From NCBI RefSeq assembly GCF_009914755.1, contig NC_060938.1: a stretch of 64,000 nucleotides of DNA; one strand, given 5' to 3'. Origin of the DNA: the human T2T-CHM13v2.0 reference genome, Homo sapiens. Positions 15,001 through 28,214 of this stretch are shown piece by piece (position 1 is the first letter of the stretch; every line of letters starts with the position of its first letter). Under the pieces are notes generated by a model that searched no databases, was not told the DNA's origin, and saw only the letters and a program-made list of their open reading frames with translations. The translations under genes and the position numbers were made by a program.

Positions 15001-18000
15001 CACCTAGGATTCCAGAATACTGCTGCTGGGTTCTGTGCATTTGTCCCTCACATAGAATTCCAGAACACTGCTATGAAGTTCTGAAAGTTTGTCTCTCACA
15101 TGAGATTCCACCAAACTGCTGTTGGATTCTGAGTGTCTGTCCCCCATATAGGATTCCAGAGCACTGCTGCTGGGTTCTGAGTTTTTGTTCCTCAAATAGG
15201 ATTCCAGAACACTGTTATGAGCGTGTGAATGTTTTTCCCAACCAAAGGATACCGGAACACTGCTGCTAGGTTGTGAGTGTTTGTTCCTCAAAAAGGATTC
15301 CAGAACACTGCTACGAGAGTCTGAATGTTTTTCCCTCACAAAGCATTGTAGAACACTGAACCTGGGTTCTGTTTGTTTGTCCCTCACAAAGGATTACAGA
15401 GCGATGCTCCAGATTTCTTAGGGTTTGTCCCTCACATAGGATACCAGAACAATTCTCCGAGGTTCTGAATGTTTGCCCTCAAGTAGGATTCCAGTACACA
15501 GCCTCTGGATTCTGAGTGTTTGTCCCTCACATAGGATTCTAGAACACTTCTACGAGATTCTGATTGTTTTTCCCTCACAAAGGATTCTAGAACACTGCTT
15601 CTGGGTTCTGAGTGTTTGTTCCCTCACAAAGGATTCTAGAAGAGTGCTGCTGTGTTCTCTGGGTTAGTCCCTCACATAGGATTCGAGAACACTGTTGCTG
15701 GGTTCTGAATGTTTGTCCCTCACGTTGGATTCCAGAACACTGCAGCTGGCTTCTGAGTGTTTATTCCTCACATAGAATTCCAGAACACCGCTATGAAATT
15801 CTGAAACTGTGTCGCTTACATAGGATTTCAGAACACTGCTGCTTGGTTCTGAGTGTCTGTCCCTCACTTAGGATTCCAGAACACTGCTACGAGGGTCGGA
15901 ATGTTTATCCCTCACAAAGGTTTCCAGAACAATGCTACTGGGTTCTGAGTGTTTGTCCCTCATGTTGGATTTGAGAACACTGCAGCGAGGGTCTGAATGT
16001 TTTTCCCTCACATAGGATTCCAGAAGACTGCTACAAGGTCTGAATATTTTTCCCTCACAAAGGATTGTACAATGCTGCTACTGAGTTCTTTTAGTTTGTC
16101 CTCAGAAAAGATTCCAGAACACTGCCACAGATTTCTTAGTGTGTGTCCCTCACTTAGGATTCCAGAACACTTCTCCGAGGTTCTGAATGTTTAGCCTCAG
16201 ATAGCATTCCAGTACACAGTGGTTGGATTTTGAGTGTTTGCCTCTCACATAGGATTCCAGAACAGTGTTACGAGGTTCTGAATGTTTGTCCCTCACAAAG
16301 TATTCTAGAACACTTCTGCTGAGTTCTGAGTGTTTGTCCCTCACAAAGGATTCTAGAACACTGCTGCTGGATTCTGTGTGTTTGTCCATCACATAGGATT
16401 CCAGAACACTGCTGTTGGTTTCTGAGTGTTTGTCCCTCACTGCCATCTGAGTGTTTGTCCATGACATAGAAATCCACAACACTGCTACGATGTTCTGAAA
16501 GTTTGTCACACACATAGGATTCCAGAACACTGCTGCAGCGTTCTGAGTGTTTGTCCCTCACATAAGATTCCAGAACAGTGCTACAAGGGTCTGAATGTTT
16601 ATCAGTCACAAAGTGTTTCAGATCACTGCTACTGAGTTGTTAGCATTTGTCCCTCATATTGGATTCCAGAACAATACCAAGAGGGCCCGAATGTCTTTCC
16701 ATCACATAGGTTTCCAGAACACTGTTTCTATAGTTTGAATGTTTTTCCCTACCAAAGGATTCCAGAAGATTACTGCTGGATTCTGAGTGTTTGTCCCACA
16801 TATAGGATTCCAAATCACTGCAACGAGGGTCTGAATGCTTTTCCCTCACATAGGATTCAAGAACACTGCTAAGATGGTCTGAATGTCTTTCCCTCAGAAA
16901 GGATTGTAGAACACTGCTACTGGGTTATGTTTGTTTGCCCCTCACAATGGATTCCAGAGCACTGCTGCAGATTTCTTAGAGTTTGTCCCACACATAGGAT
17001 TCCAGAACACTTCTATGGGGTTCTGAATGTTTGCCCTCAGCTAGAATTCAAGTACACAATGGCTGGATTCTGAGTGTTTGTCCCTCACATAGGATTCCAG
17101 AACACTGTTACCAGGTTCTGAATGTTTGACTCTCACAAAGGATTCTAGAACAATGATGCTGGGTTCTGAGTGTTTGTCCCTCACAAAGGATTCTAGAACA
17201 CTGCTGATGGGTTCTGAGTGTTTGTCACTCTCATAGGATTCCAGAACACTGCTGCTGGGTTCTGAGTGTTTGTCCCTCACTTAGGATTCAAGAACACTGC
17301 TGCTGGCTTCTCAGAGTTTGTCCCTCATATAGAATTCCAGAACACTGCTAGGAAGTTCAGAAAGTTTGTCGCTCGCATGGGATTCCAGAACACTGCTGCT
17401 GGGTTGTGAGTGTTTGTTTCACTCATAGGATTCCAGAACACTGCTTCTGGATTCTGAGTGTTTGTTCCTCACATAGGATTCCAATACACTGCTGTTGGGT
17501 TCTGAGTGTTTATCCCTCACAAAGTTTTCCAGAACACTGCTACTGGGTTCTGAGTGTTTGCCCTTATATTGGATTCCAGAACAATGCTACGAGTGTCTGA
17601 ATGTTTTTCCCTCACATAGGATTCCAGAACACTGTTATGAGGGTGTGAATATTTTCCCTCCTAAAGGATTCCAGAACACTGCTGCTGGGTTCTGAGTGTT
17701 TGTCCCTCAGGTAGGATTCCAGATCACAGCTTCGAGGGTCTGAATGTTTTTCCCTCACATAGGATTCCAGAACACTGCTACGAGGTTCTGAATGTTTTTC
17801 TCTCACAGAGGATTGTAGGACATTGCTACTGGGTTCTGTTTGCTTGTCCCTCACAAAGGAATCCAGAGCACTGCTGCAGATGTCTTAGTGTTTATCCCTC
17901 ACATACGATTCCAGAACACTTCTATGAGGTTCTGAATGTTTGCACTCATATATTATTCCAGTACACAGTGGCTGGATTCTGAGTATTTGTCCCTCAGATA

Positions 18001-21000
18001 GGATCCCAGAACACTGCTACGAGGATCTGAATGTTTTTACCTCACAAAGGATTTTAGAACACTGCAACTGGGTTATGTTTTTTGGTCCCACACAAAGAAT
18101 TCCAGGGCACTGCTGCAGAATTCTTAGTGTTTGTCCCTCACATAGGATTCCAGAACACTGTGACGAGGTTCGGAATGTTTGCTCTCAGATAGGATTCCAG
18201 TACAATGTGGCTGGATACTGAGTGTTTGTCCCTCACATAGAATTCCAGAACACTGCTACGAGGTTCTGCATGTTTGTCCTTCACAAAGGATTCTAGAACA
18301 CTTCGGTTGGTTTCTGTTTGTCCCTCACAAAGGATTCTAGAACATTGCTGCTAGGTTCTGAGGATTTGTACCTCACATAGGATTCCAGAACACTGTTAGG
18401 AGGGTCTGAATTTTTGTCCCTCACATAGAATTCCAGAACACTGCTGCTGATTTCTCAGTGATTGTCCCTCACAGAGAATTCCAGAGCACTGCTACGAAAT
18501 TCAGAAAGTTTGTCACTCACATAGGATTCCAGAACACTGCTGCTGGGTTCTGAGTGTTTCTCCCTCTCATAGGATTCCAGAACACTGCTGCTGGGTTCTA
18601 GTGTTTGTCTCTCACATAAGATTGCAAAACACTGCTACGAGGTTCTGAATGTTTATCCCTCATAAAGGTTTCCAGGAAACTGCTGCTGGGTTCTGAGTGG
18701 TTGCCCTCATATTGTCTTCCAAAACAATGGTAGGAGTGTCTGAATGTTTTTCCCTCACCTAGGATTCCAGAACACTGTTAGGAGGGTGTGAAAGTTTTTC
18801 CCTCCTAAAGGATTACAGAACACTGCTGCGGGGTTCTGAGTGTTTGTCCCTCACAAAAGATTCTAGAATATTGCTCCTGGGTTCTGTGTCTTTGTCCATC
18901 ACATAGGATTCCAGAACACTGCTGCTGGGTTCTGAGTGTTTGTCCATAACATAGGATACCAGAACACTGCTGCTGGGTTCTGAGTGTTTGACCCTCTCAT
19001 AGGATTCCAGAACACTGCTGTTGGGTTCTCAGTGTTTCTCCCTCACATTGGATTCCAGAACACTGCTACAAGTTTCTGAAGGTTTTTCCTTCACAAAGGA
19101 TTCCAGAACACTGCTGCGGGGTTCTGTGTGTTTGTCAATCAAATATGATTCCGGAACACTTCTGCTCGGTTCTTAGTGTTTGCCACTCACATATGATTCC
19201 TGAACACTTCTACAAGGGTCTCAAAGTTTGTCACTCACATAGGATTCCAGAACACTTCTAGGAGGGTCTGAATGTGTGTCCTTCACAATGGATTCCAAAA
19301 CACACTGGTGGATTCTGAGGATTTCTCCCTCACATAGGATTCCAGAACTCTGCTGCTGGTTTTCCAGAACACTGCTGATGGGTTCTGTGTCTTTGCCAAT
19401 CAAATAGGATTCCAGAACACTGCTGCTGGGTTCTGAGTGTTTGTCCTACATATAGGTTTCCAGAACACTGCTACGAGTGTCTGAATGTTTGTCACTCACA
19501 TAGGATTAGAGAATACTGCTAAGAGGGTCTGAATCTATGTCCCTCACAAAGGATTCCAGAACACTGCTGCTGGGTTCTGAGTAATTGTCCCTCACTTAGG
19601 ATTACAGAACACTGCTACAAGGTTCTGAATATTTGTCCCTCACATCGGATTCCAGAACACTGGTACAAAGGTCTGAAAGCTTTTCCCTCACATCATTTTC
19701 GAGAAACTGCTCCTGGGTTCTTGGTGTTTACCCTCACATAGTATTCCAGAAAACTTCTCCGTGGTTCTGAATGTTTGTCCCTCACAAAGGATTCCAGAAC
19801 ACTGCTGCTGGGTTCTGAGTTTCTGTCACTCACATAGGATTCTAGGACAATTTTTCTGGGTTCTGAGTGAGCCTCACATCTTATTCCAGAACACTGCTAT
19901 GAGGGTCTGAAACTTTGTTCCTCACAAAGGATTCCAGAACTCTGCTGCCGTGTTCTCAGTGTTTGTCCCTTACATAGCAATCTGGAACACTGCTGCTGGG
20001 ATATGAGAGTTTGTCCCACACATAGGATTCCAGAACACTGCTGCTGGGTTCCGAGTGTTTGTCCCTCAAAAAGGATTCCGGAATACTGCTACTGGGTTCT
20101 GATTGTTTGTCCCTCTCATAGGATTCCAGAACACTGGTACGACGGTCTTAAGGATTCTCCGCAACATAGCATTCCAGAACATTGCTACGATGGTCTGAAT
20201 GCTAGTCCCTCACATGGGATTCCAGAACACTGTTGCTGGGTTCTGAGTGTTTGTCCTTCACATAGGATTCCAGAACACTGCTGCTAGTTTCTGAGTGTTT
20301 GTCCCTCACATAGGATCCCAGAACTCTGATGCAAGGGTCTGAATGTTACTCCCTCAGATAGGATTCCAGAACACTGCTGCTGGGTTCTGAGTGTATGACC
20401 CTCACATAGAAATCCAGAACACTGATATGAAGGTTTGAATATTTGTCTCTCACATAGGATTCCAGAACACTGCTACAAGGGTCTGAATGCTTGTCCGTCA
20501 CAAAGGACTCCAGAACACTGCTGCTGGGTTCTGAATGTTTTTCCCTCTCATAGGATTGCAGAACACAGCTACGAGGGTCTGAATGTTTGTCTCTCACATA
20601 TGATTCCAGAACACTGCTATGATGGTCTGAATGCTTGCCCCTCATGTAGGATACCAGAACACGGCTGCTGGGTTTTGAGTGTTTCTCTGTCACATAGGAT
20701 TCCAGAACACTGCTTTGAGGGTCAGAAAGTTTTTCTCTCACAAAGGATTCCAAAACACCGCTGCTGGGTTCGGGGTGTTTGTCCCTCATATAGGATTCGA
20801 GAACACTGCTACGAGGCTCTGAATGTTTGTGCCTCAGAAAGGAATCCAGCACACTGCTGCTGGGTTCTGAGGGTTGGTCCCTCACATAGGATTCCATAAC
20901 ACTGATAAGAAGGCCTGAATGTAAGTCCCTCACAAAAGATTCCAGACCACTGCTGCAGGGTTCTCAGTGTTTGTCCCTCACATAGTACTACAGAACACGG

Positions 21001-24000
21001 CTGCTGGGTTCTGATTGTTTGTCCGTCACATAGCATTCGAGAACACTGCTACGGGGGTCTGAAGGTTTGTATCGCACATAGGACTCCAGAACACTCCTTC
21101 GAGGTTCTGAATGTTTGTCCATCACCAAGGATTCCAGAACACTGCTACTGGGATGTGAGTGTTTGTCCCTCACTTGGGATACCAGAACAAAGCTCCGAGG
21201 TTCTGAATGTTTGTCCCTCACTAAGGATTCTAGAACACTGCTGTTGGGTTCTGAGTGTTGTCCCTAAAATAGGATTCCAGAACACCGCTGCTGTATTCTG
21301 TATGTTTGTCCCTCACAAAGGATTGCAGAACACTGCTGCTGGTTTCTGAGTGTCTGTCCCTCATATAGGATTCCAGAACACTTCTATGAGTGTCTGAATA
21401 TTTGTCCCCCACCTAGGATTTCAGAACACAGTGGCTGGGTTCTGATTGTTTGTCCCTCACATAGGATTCCAGAATACTGCTGTTGGGTTCTGAGTGTTTG
21501 TCCCTCACAAAGGATTCTAGAACACTGCTGCTGAGTTCTGAGTGTTTGTCCCTCACATAGGATTCCAGAATACTGCTGTTGGGTTCTGAGTGTTTGTCCC
21601 TCACAAAGGATTCTAGAACACTGCTGCTGGGTTCTGAGTGTTTGTCCCTCACAAAGGATTCTAGAACACTGCTGCTGGGTTCTGAGTGTTTGTCACTCAC
21701 ATAGGATTCCAGGGCACTGCTGCTGGGTTCTGAGTGTTTGTCCCTCACATAGGATTCCAAAACACTGCTGCTGGGTCTTGGTGTTTGTCCCTCACATAGG
21801 ATTCCAGAGACCTGCTTCTGGGTTCTGAGTGTTTGTCACTCAGATCGGATTCCAAAACACTCCTGCTGTGTTCTGAATGTTTGTCCCTCACAAAGGATTG
21901 CTGAGCACTGCTGCTGGTTTCTGAGTGTTTGTCCTCACGTAGGATTCCAGAGCACTTCTACAAGTGTCTGAATGTTTGTCCCTCAGATAGGATTCCAGAA
22001 CACAGTGGCTGGGTTCTGAGTGTTTGTCCCTTACTTAGGATTTCAAAACACACCTGCTGGGTTCTGAGTGTTTGTCCCTCACATGGGATTCCAGAAGACT
22101 GCTCCTCGTTTCTCAGTGTGTGTCCCTCACTTAGGATTCCAGAACACTGCTTCGAGGGTACGAATGTTTGTCCCTCAAAAAAGGATTCTAGAACACTACT
22201 GCTGTGTTCCAAATGCTTGTCACTCACATAGGTTTCCAGAACACTGCTGCTGGGTTCTGAGTGTTGTCCCTCACATACGATTCCACAACACTTCTACGAG
22301 TGTCTGAATGTTTGTCCCTCAGATAGGATTCCAGAACACAATGGCTGGGTTCTGATTTTTTGTCCCTCACATAGGATTCCAGAACACTGCTGCTGGCTTC
22401 TGAGTGTTTGTCCCTCAAAAAGTATTCTAGGACACTGCTGCTGGATTCTGAGAGTTTTTCCCTCATGAAGGATTCTAGAACACTGCTCCTACGTTCTGAG
22501 TGTTTGTCCCTTACCCAGGGTTCCAGAACACTGCTGCTGGTTTCTGTGTGTTTGTTCCTCACAAAGGATTCTGGAACACTGCTGCTGGGTCCTGAGTGTT
22601 TGTCCGTCACATGGGTTTCCAGAACACTGCTGCAGGGTTCTGAGTGTTTGTCACTCAGATAGGATTCCAAAACACTGCTGCTGTGTTCTGTATGTTTGTC
22701 CCTCACAAAAGATTGCTGAGCACTGCTGCTAGTTTCTGAGTGTTTGTCCTCACGTAGGATTCCAGAGCACTTCTACAAGTGTCTGAATGTTTGTCCCTCA
22801 TATAGGTTTCCAGAACAGAGTTGCTGGGTGCTGAGTGTTTGTCCCTCACATAGCATTGCAGAACAACGCTGCTAGTTTCTGAGTGCTTGTCCCTCACATA
22901 GGATTCCAGAACCTTGCTTCTGGGTCTTAGTGTTTGTCCCTCACTTAGGATTCCAGAACACTGCTGCTTGGTTCTGAGTGTGTGTCCCTCACTTAGGATT
23001 CCAGAGCACTGCTTCGAGGGTATGAATGTTGGTCCCTCACAAAGGATTCTAGAACACTACTGCTGTGTTCCAAATTCTTGTCACTCACATAGGTTTCCAG
23101 AACACTGCTGCTGGGTTCTGAATGTTTTTCCCTCACAGAGGATTCCGGAACACTACTCCTGGGTTCTGAGTGTTTGTCCCTCACATAGGATTCCAGAACC
23201 CTGCTGTTGGGTTCTGAGTATTTCTCCCTCCCATATGATTCCAGAACACTTCTTCAAGGGTCTGAAGTTTTGTCCCTCATAAAAGATTCTGGAACACTGC
23301 TACTGGGATCTGATTGTTTTTCACCCACATAAGATTCCAGAACTCTGCTGCTGGGTTCTGAGTGTTTGTCCCTCACATGAGATTCCAAAACACTGCTGCT
23401 GGGTTCAGAGTGTTTGTCCCTCACAAAGGATTCTAGAACACTGCTGATGGCTTCTTTGTGTTTGTCTCTCACAAAGGATTCTAGAACACTGCTGCTGGGT
23501 TCTGAGCGTTTGTCCCTCACAAAGGATTCTAGAACACTGCTGCTGGGTTCTGAGCATTTGTCCCTCACAAAGGATTCTAGAACACTACTGCTGGGTTCTG
23601 AGTGTTTGTTCCTCACATAGGATTCTAGAACAGAGCTGCTGGGGTCTGAGTGTATGTCACTCACATAGGATTCCAGAAAACTGTTGCTGGGTTGCGAGTG
23701 TTTGTCCCTCACATACGATTTCAGAATACTCTTAAGATGTACTGAATGTTTGTCCCTCACGTAGGATTCCAAAACACTGCTGCTCAGTTCTGTATGTTTG
23801 TTCCTCACAAAGGATTCCTGAGCACTGCTGCTGGTTTCTGAGTGTTTATCCCTCACATAGGAGTCCGGAACACTGCTGCTGGGTCCTGAGTTTTTGTCCC
23901 TCACGTAGGATTCCAGAACACTGCTAGGAGGGTCGCAATGTTTTTCCCTCAGAAAGGATTCCAGAATACTGCTGCTGAGTTCTGTGTGTTTGTCCCTCAC

Positions 24001-27000
24001 AAAGGTTTCCAGAGCACAGCTATTGGTTTCTGAGTCTTTGTCCCTCACATAGGATTCCAGAACACCTCTACGAGTGTCTGTATGTTTGTCCCTCATATAG
24101 GAAACCAGAACACAGTGGCTGGTTTCTGAGTGTTTGTCCCTCACATAGATTTCCAGATCACTGCCGCTGGGTTCTGAAAGTTTGTCCTCACATAGGACTC
24201 CACAACACTGCTCCTGGGTTGTGAGTGTTCTCCCTCATATAGGATTCCAGAACACTGCTGCTGGGTTCTGAGTGTTTGTCCCTCACATAGGATTCCAGAA
24301 CAGTGCTACTGGGTACTGATTGTTTGTCCCTCACATAGGAATCCAGAACTCTGCTACGAGGGTCTGAATGTCTGCCCATCACAAGGGATTCCAGAACACT
24401 GCTGCTGGATTCTGAGTGCTTTTCCATGACATAGTATTCGAGAACACTTTTGGTGAGTTTGAGTATTTGTCCCTCATATAGGCTTCCAGAACACTGTTGC
24501 TGGGTTGTGAGTGTTTTTCTCTCACGTGGGATTCCAGAACACTGCTGCTGGGTTCTGAGGTTTTGTCCCTCACTTAGGATTCCAGAACACTGCTGCTAAG
24601 TTCGGAGTTTTTCTTGCTCACATAGGATTCCAGAACACTGTTGCTGGTTTCTGAGTGCTTCTCCTTCAAATAGGATTCCAGAACATTGCTAGGCGGTCTA
24701 AATGTTTGCCCATAACAACGGATTCCAGAACACTGATGCTGGGTTCTGAGTGTTTGTCCCTCACATGGGATTCCAAAACACTGCTGCTGGGTTCAGAGTA
24801 TTTGTCCCTCATGTACGATTCCAGAGCACTGCTACGAGGTTCTGAATGTTTGTCCCTCACAAAGGATTCCAGAACAGTGCTGCTGGGTTCTGAGTGTTTG
24901 TCCCTCACAAAGGATTCCAGAACTCTGCTGCTGGATTCTGAGTGTTTTTCCCTCACAGGATTCCAGAACACTGCTACGAGGGTCTGAATGTTTATCCCTC
25001 AGATAGGATTCCAGAAACACCGTGGCTGAGTTCTGAGTATTATTCCTTCACATAGGATTCCAGAACACTGCTGCTGGGTTCTGAATTTTTGTCTCTCAGA
25101 TAAGTTTCCAGAATCCTGCTACTGGGTTCGGAGTGTTTTGCCCACACATACGATTCCAGATCACTTCTTCGAGGGTCAGAAGGTTTGTCCCTCTCAAAGG
25201 ATTCTAGAAAACTGCTTCTGGGTTCTGATTGTTTTCCACTCACATAGGATTTGAGAACCCTGCTGCTGGGTTCTGCGTGTTTGTCCCTCACATGGGATTC
25301 CAGAAGACTGCTACTGTGTTCTGTATGTTTGTCCCTCACATAGTATTCCAGAACACTTCTACGAGTGTCTGAATGCTTGTCCCTCAGATGGGATTCCAGA
25401 ACACAGTGGCTGGGTTCTGAGTGTTTGTCCCGCACACAGGATTCCAGAACACTGCTGATGGGTTCTGAGTCTTTGTCCCTCACAAAGGATTCTAAAACTC
25501 TCCTACTGGGTTCTGAGTGTTTGTCCCTCACATAGGATTACAGAACACAGCTACGACGGTCTGAATGTTTCTCCATCACAATGCATTGCAGAACCCTGCG
25601 ACTGGGTTCGAAGTGTTTGGCCCTCATATGCGATTCCAGATCACTTCTTTGAGGGTCAGAAGGTTTGTCCCTCACAAAGGATTCGTGAACCCTGCTGCTG
25701 GGTTCTGCGTGTTTGTACCTCACATGGTATTCCAAAACACTGCTGCTGGGTTCTGAGTTTTTGTCCCTCACAAAGGATTCCAGAATACTGCTTTAGGACT
25801 GTGAGTGTTTGTCCATCACAAGGGATTCCAGAGCACTCCCGCTGGTTTCTGAGTGTTTTTCCCTCACACAGTATTCCAGAACAGTGCTTTGAGGGTCTGA
25901 AGGTTTGTCCCTCACAAAGGATTCTAGAACACTGCTTTTGGATTTTGAGTGTTTGTCACTCACATAGGATTCCGCAACACTGCTTCTGGCTTCTGAGTGT
26001 TTGTCCCTCACATGGGATTCCAAAACACTGCTGCTGGGTTCAGAGTGTTTGTTCCTTACATGGGATTCCAAAACACTGCTGCTGGGTTCAGAGTGTTTGT
26101 CCCTCACATACGATTCCAGAACACTGCTACTAGTTTCTGAATGTTTGTGCCTCACAAAGGATTCTAGAACACTGCTGCTGGGTTCTGAGTGTTTGTCACT
26201 CACATAGGATTCCGGAACACTGCTTCTGGCTTCTGAGTGTTTGTCCCTCACATGGGATTCCAAAACACTGCTGCTGGGTTCAGAGTGTTTGTTCCTTACA
26301 TGGGATTCCAAAACACTGCTGCTGGGTTCAGAGTGTTTGTCCCTCACATACGATTCTAGAACACTGCTACTAGTTTCTGAATGTTTGTGCCTCACAAAGG
26401 ATTCTAGAACACTGCTGCTGGGTTCTGAGTGTTTGTCACTCACATAGGATTCCAGAACACTGCTTCTGGCTTCTGAGTGTTTGTTCCTCACATGGGATTC
26501 CAAAACACTGCAGCTGGGTTCAGAGTGTTTGTCCCTCACGTACGATTCCACAACACTGCTACTAATTTCTGAATGTTTGTGCCTCAGAAAGGATTCTAGA
26601 ACACTGCTGCTGGGTTCTGAGTGTTTGTCCCTCACATAGGATTCCAGAACACTGCTGCTGGATTGTGAATGTCTTTCCCTCACGTGGGATTCCAAAACTG
26701 TGCTGCTGGTTTCAGAGTGTTTGTCCTTCATATACAATTCCAGATCACTGCTACTAGTTTCTGAATGTTTGTGCCTCACAAATATTCTAGAACACTGCTG
26801 CTGGGTTCTGAGTGTTTTTCCCTCACATGGGATTGGAGAACACTGCTGCCACATTCTGTCTGTCCCTCACATACGATTCCACAACACTGCTACGAGTCTC
26901 TGAATGTTTGTCTATCACAAAGGATTCTAGAACACTGCTGCTGGTTTCTGAGTGTTTGTCCCTCACAAACGATTCTAGAACACTGCTGCTGGGTTCTGAG

Positions 27001-27416
27001 TGTTTGTCCCGCACAGAGGATTCCATAACACTGCTGCTATTTTCTGAGTGTCACTCACATAGGCTTCCAGTACACTGCTGCTGTGTTCTGAGTGTTTGTC
27101 TCTCACCTAGTATTCCAGAACGCTGCTGCTGATTTCTGAGTGTTTGTCCCTCACATCGGATTCCAGAACACGGCTGCTGAGTTCTGAGTGTTTGTCCCTC
27201 ACATAGGATTCCATAAAACTGCTGCAGATTTCTTAGTGTTTGTCACTCACATAGGATTCCAGAACCCTGCTGCTGGGTTCTGAGTTTTTCTCCCTCACAT
27301 GGGATTCCAAAACACTGCTGCTGGTTTCAGAAAGTTTGTCCCTTACACACGATTCCAGAACACTGCTACGAGGTTCTGAATGTTAGTAACTCACAAAGGA
27401 TTCTGTAAGACTGCTG
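1..27416. repeat. CER (48-bp, D22Z3-type) satellite array, about 570 diverged monomers, runs off the left edge
   Basis: Tandem consensus CCAGAACACTGCTGCTGGGTTCTGAGTGTTTGTCCCTCACATAGGATT (48 bp) throughout. ORF translations repeat every 16 aa (RDKHSEPSSSVLESYV on -, CPSHRIPEHCCWVLSV on +). Matches the recalled CER consensus. One orientation, no TE insertion seen. Confidence 0.93.
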
Positions 27417-27465
27417 CAGCCTCCGAAAGTGCTGGGATTACAGGCATGAGCCACTGTGACCGGCC
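27417..27465 (-). mobile_element. Alu 5'-end remnant (about 49 bp) fused to the satellite end
   Basis: CAGCCTCCGAAAGTGCTGGGATTACAGGCATGAGCCACTGTGACCGGCC is the reverse complement of Alu nt 1-49; the rest of the Alu is absent. Confidence 0.9.
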
Positions 27466-27910
27466 ATTCATTTATTCTTAGGTTTTTTTTCTATTAATGC
27501 CTACTGTGTGTCAGGACCTACGGATGCAGATTATAGAAGATATATGTACACTAGTGAAGGTGATAGGAGAAATACTGGATTTAAAAGAGGAAGTGCATGG
27601 AAATGATATGAAATACATAGGAATTGTGCTAAACCCAAAGTTGGGCAGGGGGAGAGTGTTAAATAAATCTTTACAGAGGAAGTGCCATATAAGTTGAGAC
27701 CTCATCATGGAGTTTGAGGGAACGAGAAGGGCACAAAGAAGTGGGAAATGGGTTGGGGGTGCGATGTGAAAAAGAAACCATTTCGGTAAAGGGAAGAGCA
27801 TGTAAAGTCCCGTAAAGAAAACTTTAAATTTGAAGATGTAGAAATGCAAAACCAGCCTCAGAATGGTTGGATTGTGAAGGAGGAAGTGGTAACAGTTTGG
27901 AGCCTTTTGA
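27466..27910 (-). mobile_element. Diverged L2 fragment (approximate bounds)
   Basis: Starts ATTCATTTATTC...ATGCCTACTGTGTGTCAGG, like the L2 3' end in reverse, followed by a purine-rich L2-like tract. Confidence 0.5.
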
Positions 27911-28214
27911 GTAGGGTATGTCCAGGACCGTCTGTTTCATGCCTGCAGTTCCAGCATTATTACAAATAAATAGCCTTTCTCCCACTTTCAATTGTTTCCC
28001 TATTTGGAGGATAAATTATATGGCCACACCTGAAATCGTAAGCTTATTAAAAAGTGGAAAGTGATTCAAAGGATTTGAAGGAAGAAGTGACATGTCACTC
28101 CATATGTAGACCAGCCTTTTGAGGCATTGGAAGGTGTAGAATGGGAGAAATGCAATGCTGAATGAAGGAAGGCCAATAGGAGCCTGTAGAAATAATTCAG
28201 ATGATAGAACACTA

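Noticed and set aside
1-27416. Many ORFs of up to 353 aa (Ser/Glu-rich on -, Cys/His-rich on +) resembling a repeat protein or zinc-finger array
   Set aside because: The 48-bp monomer is a multiple of three and stop-free in several frames. Frames break at random indels, many starts are non-ATG, and there is no C2H2 spacing or exon structure.
1-27416. CRISPR-like array (regular repeats with a small palindrome)
   Set aside because: No unique spacers, the whole unit repeats, there are no cas genes, and the context is primate.
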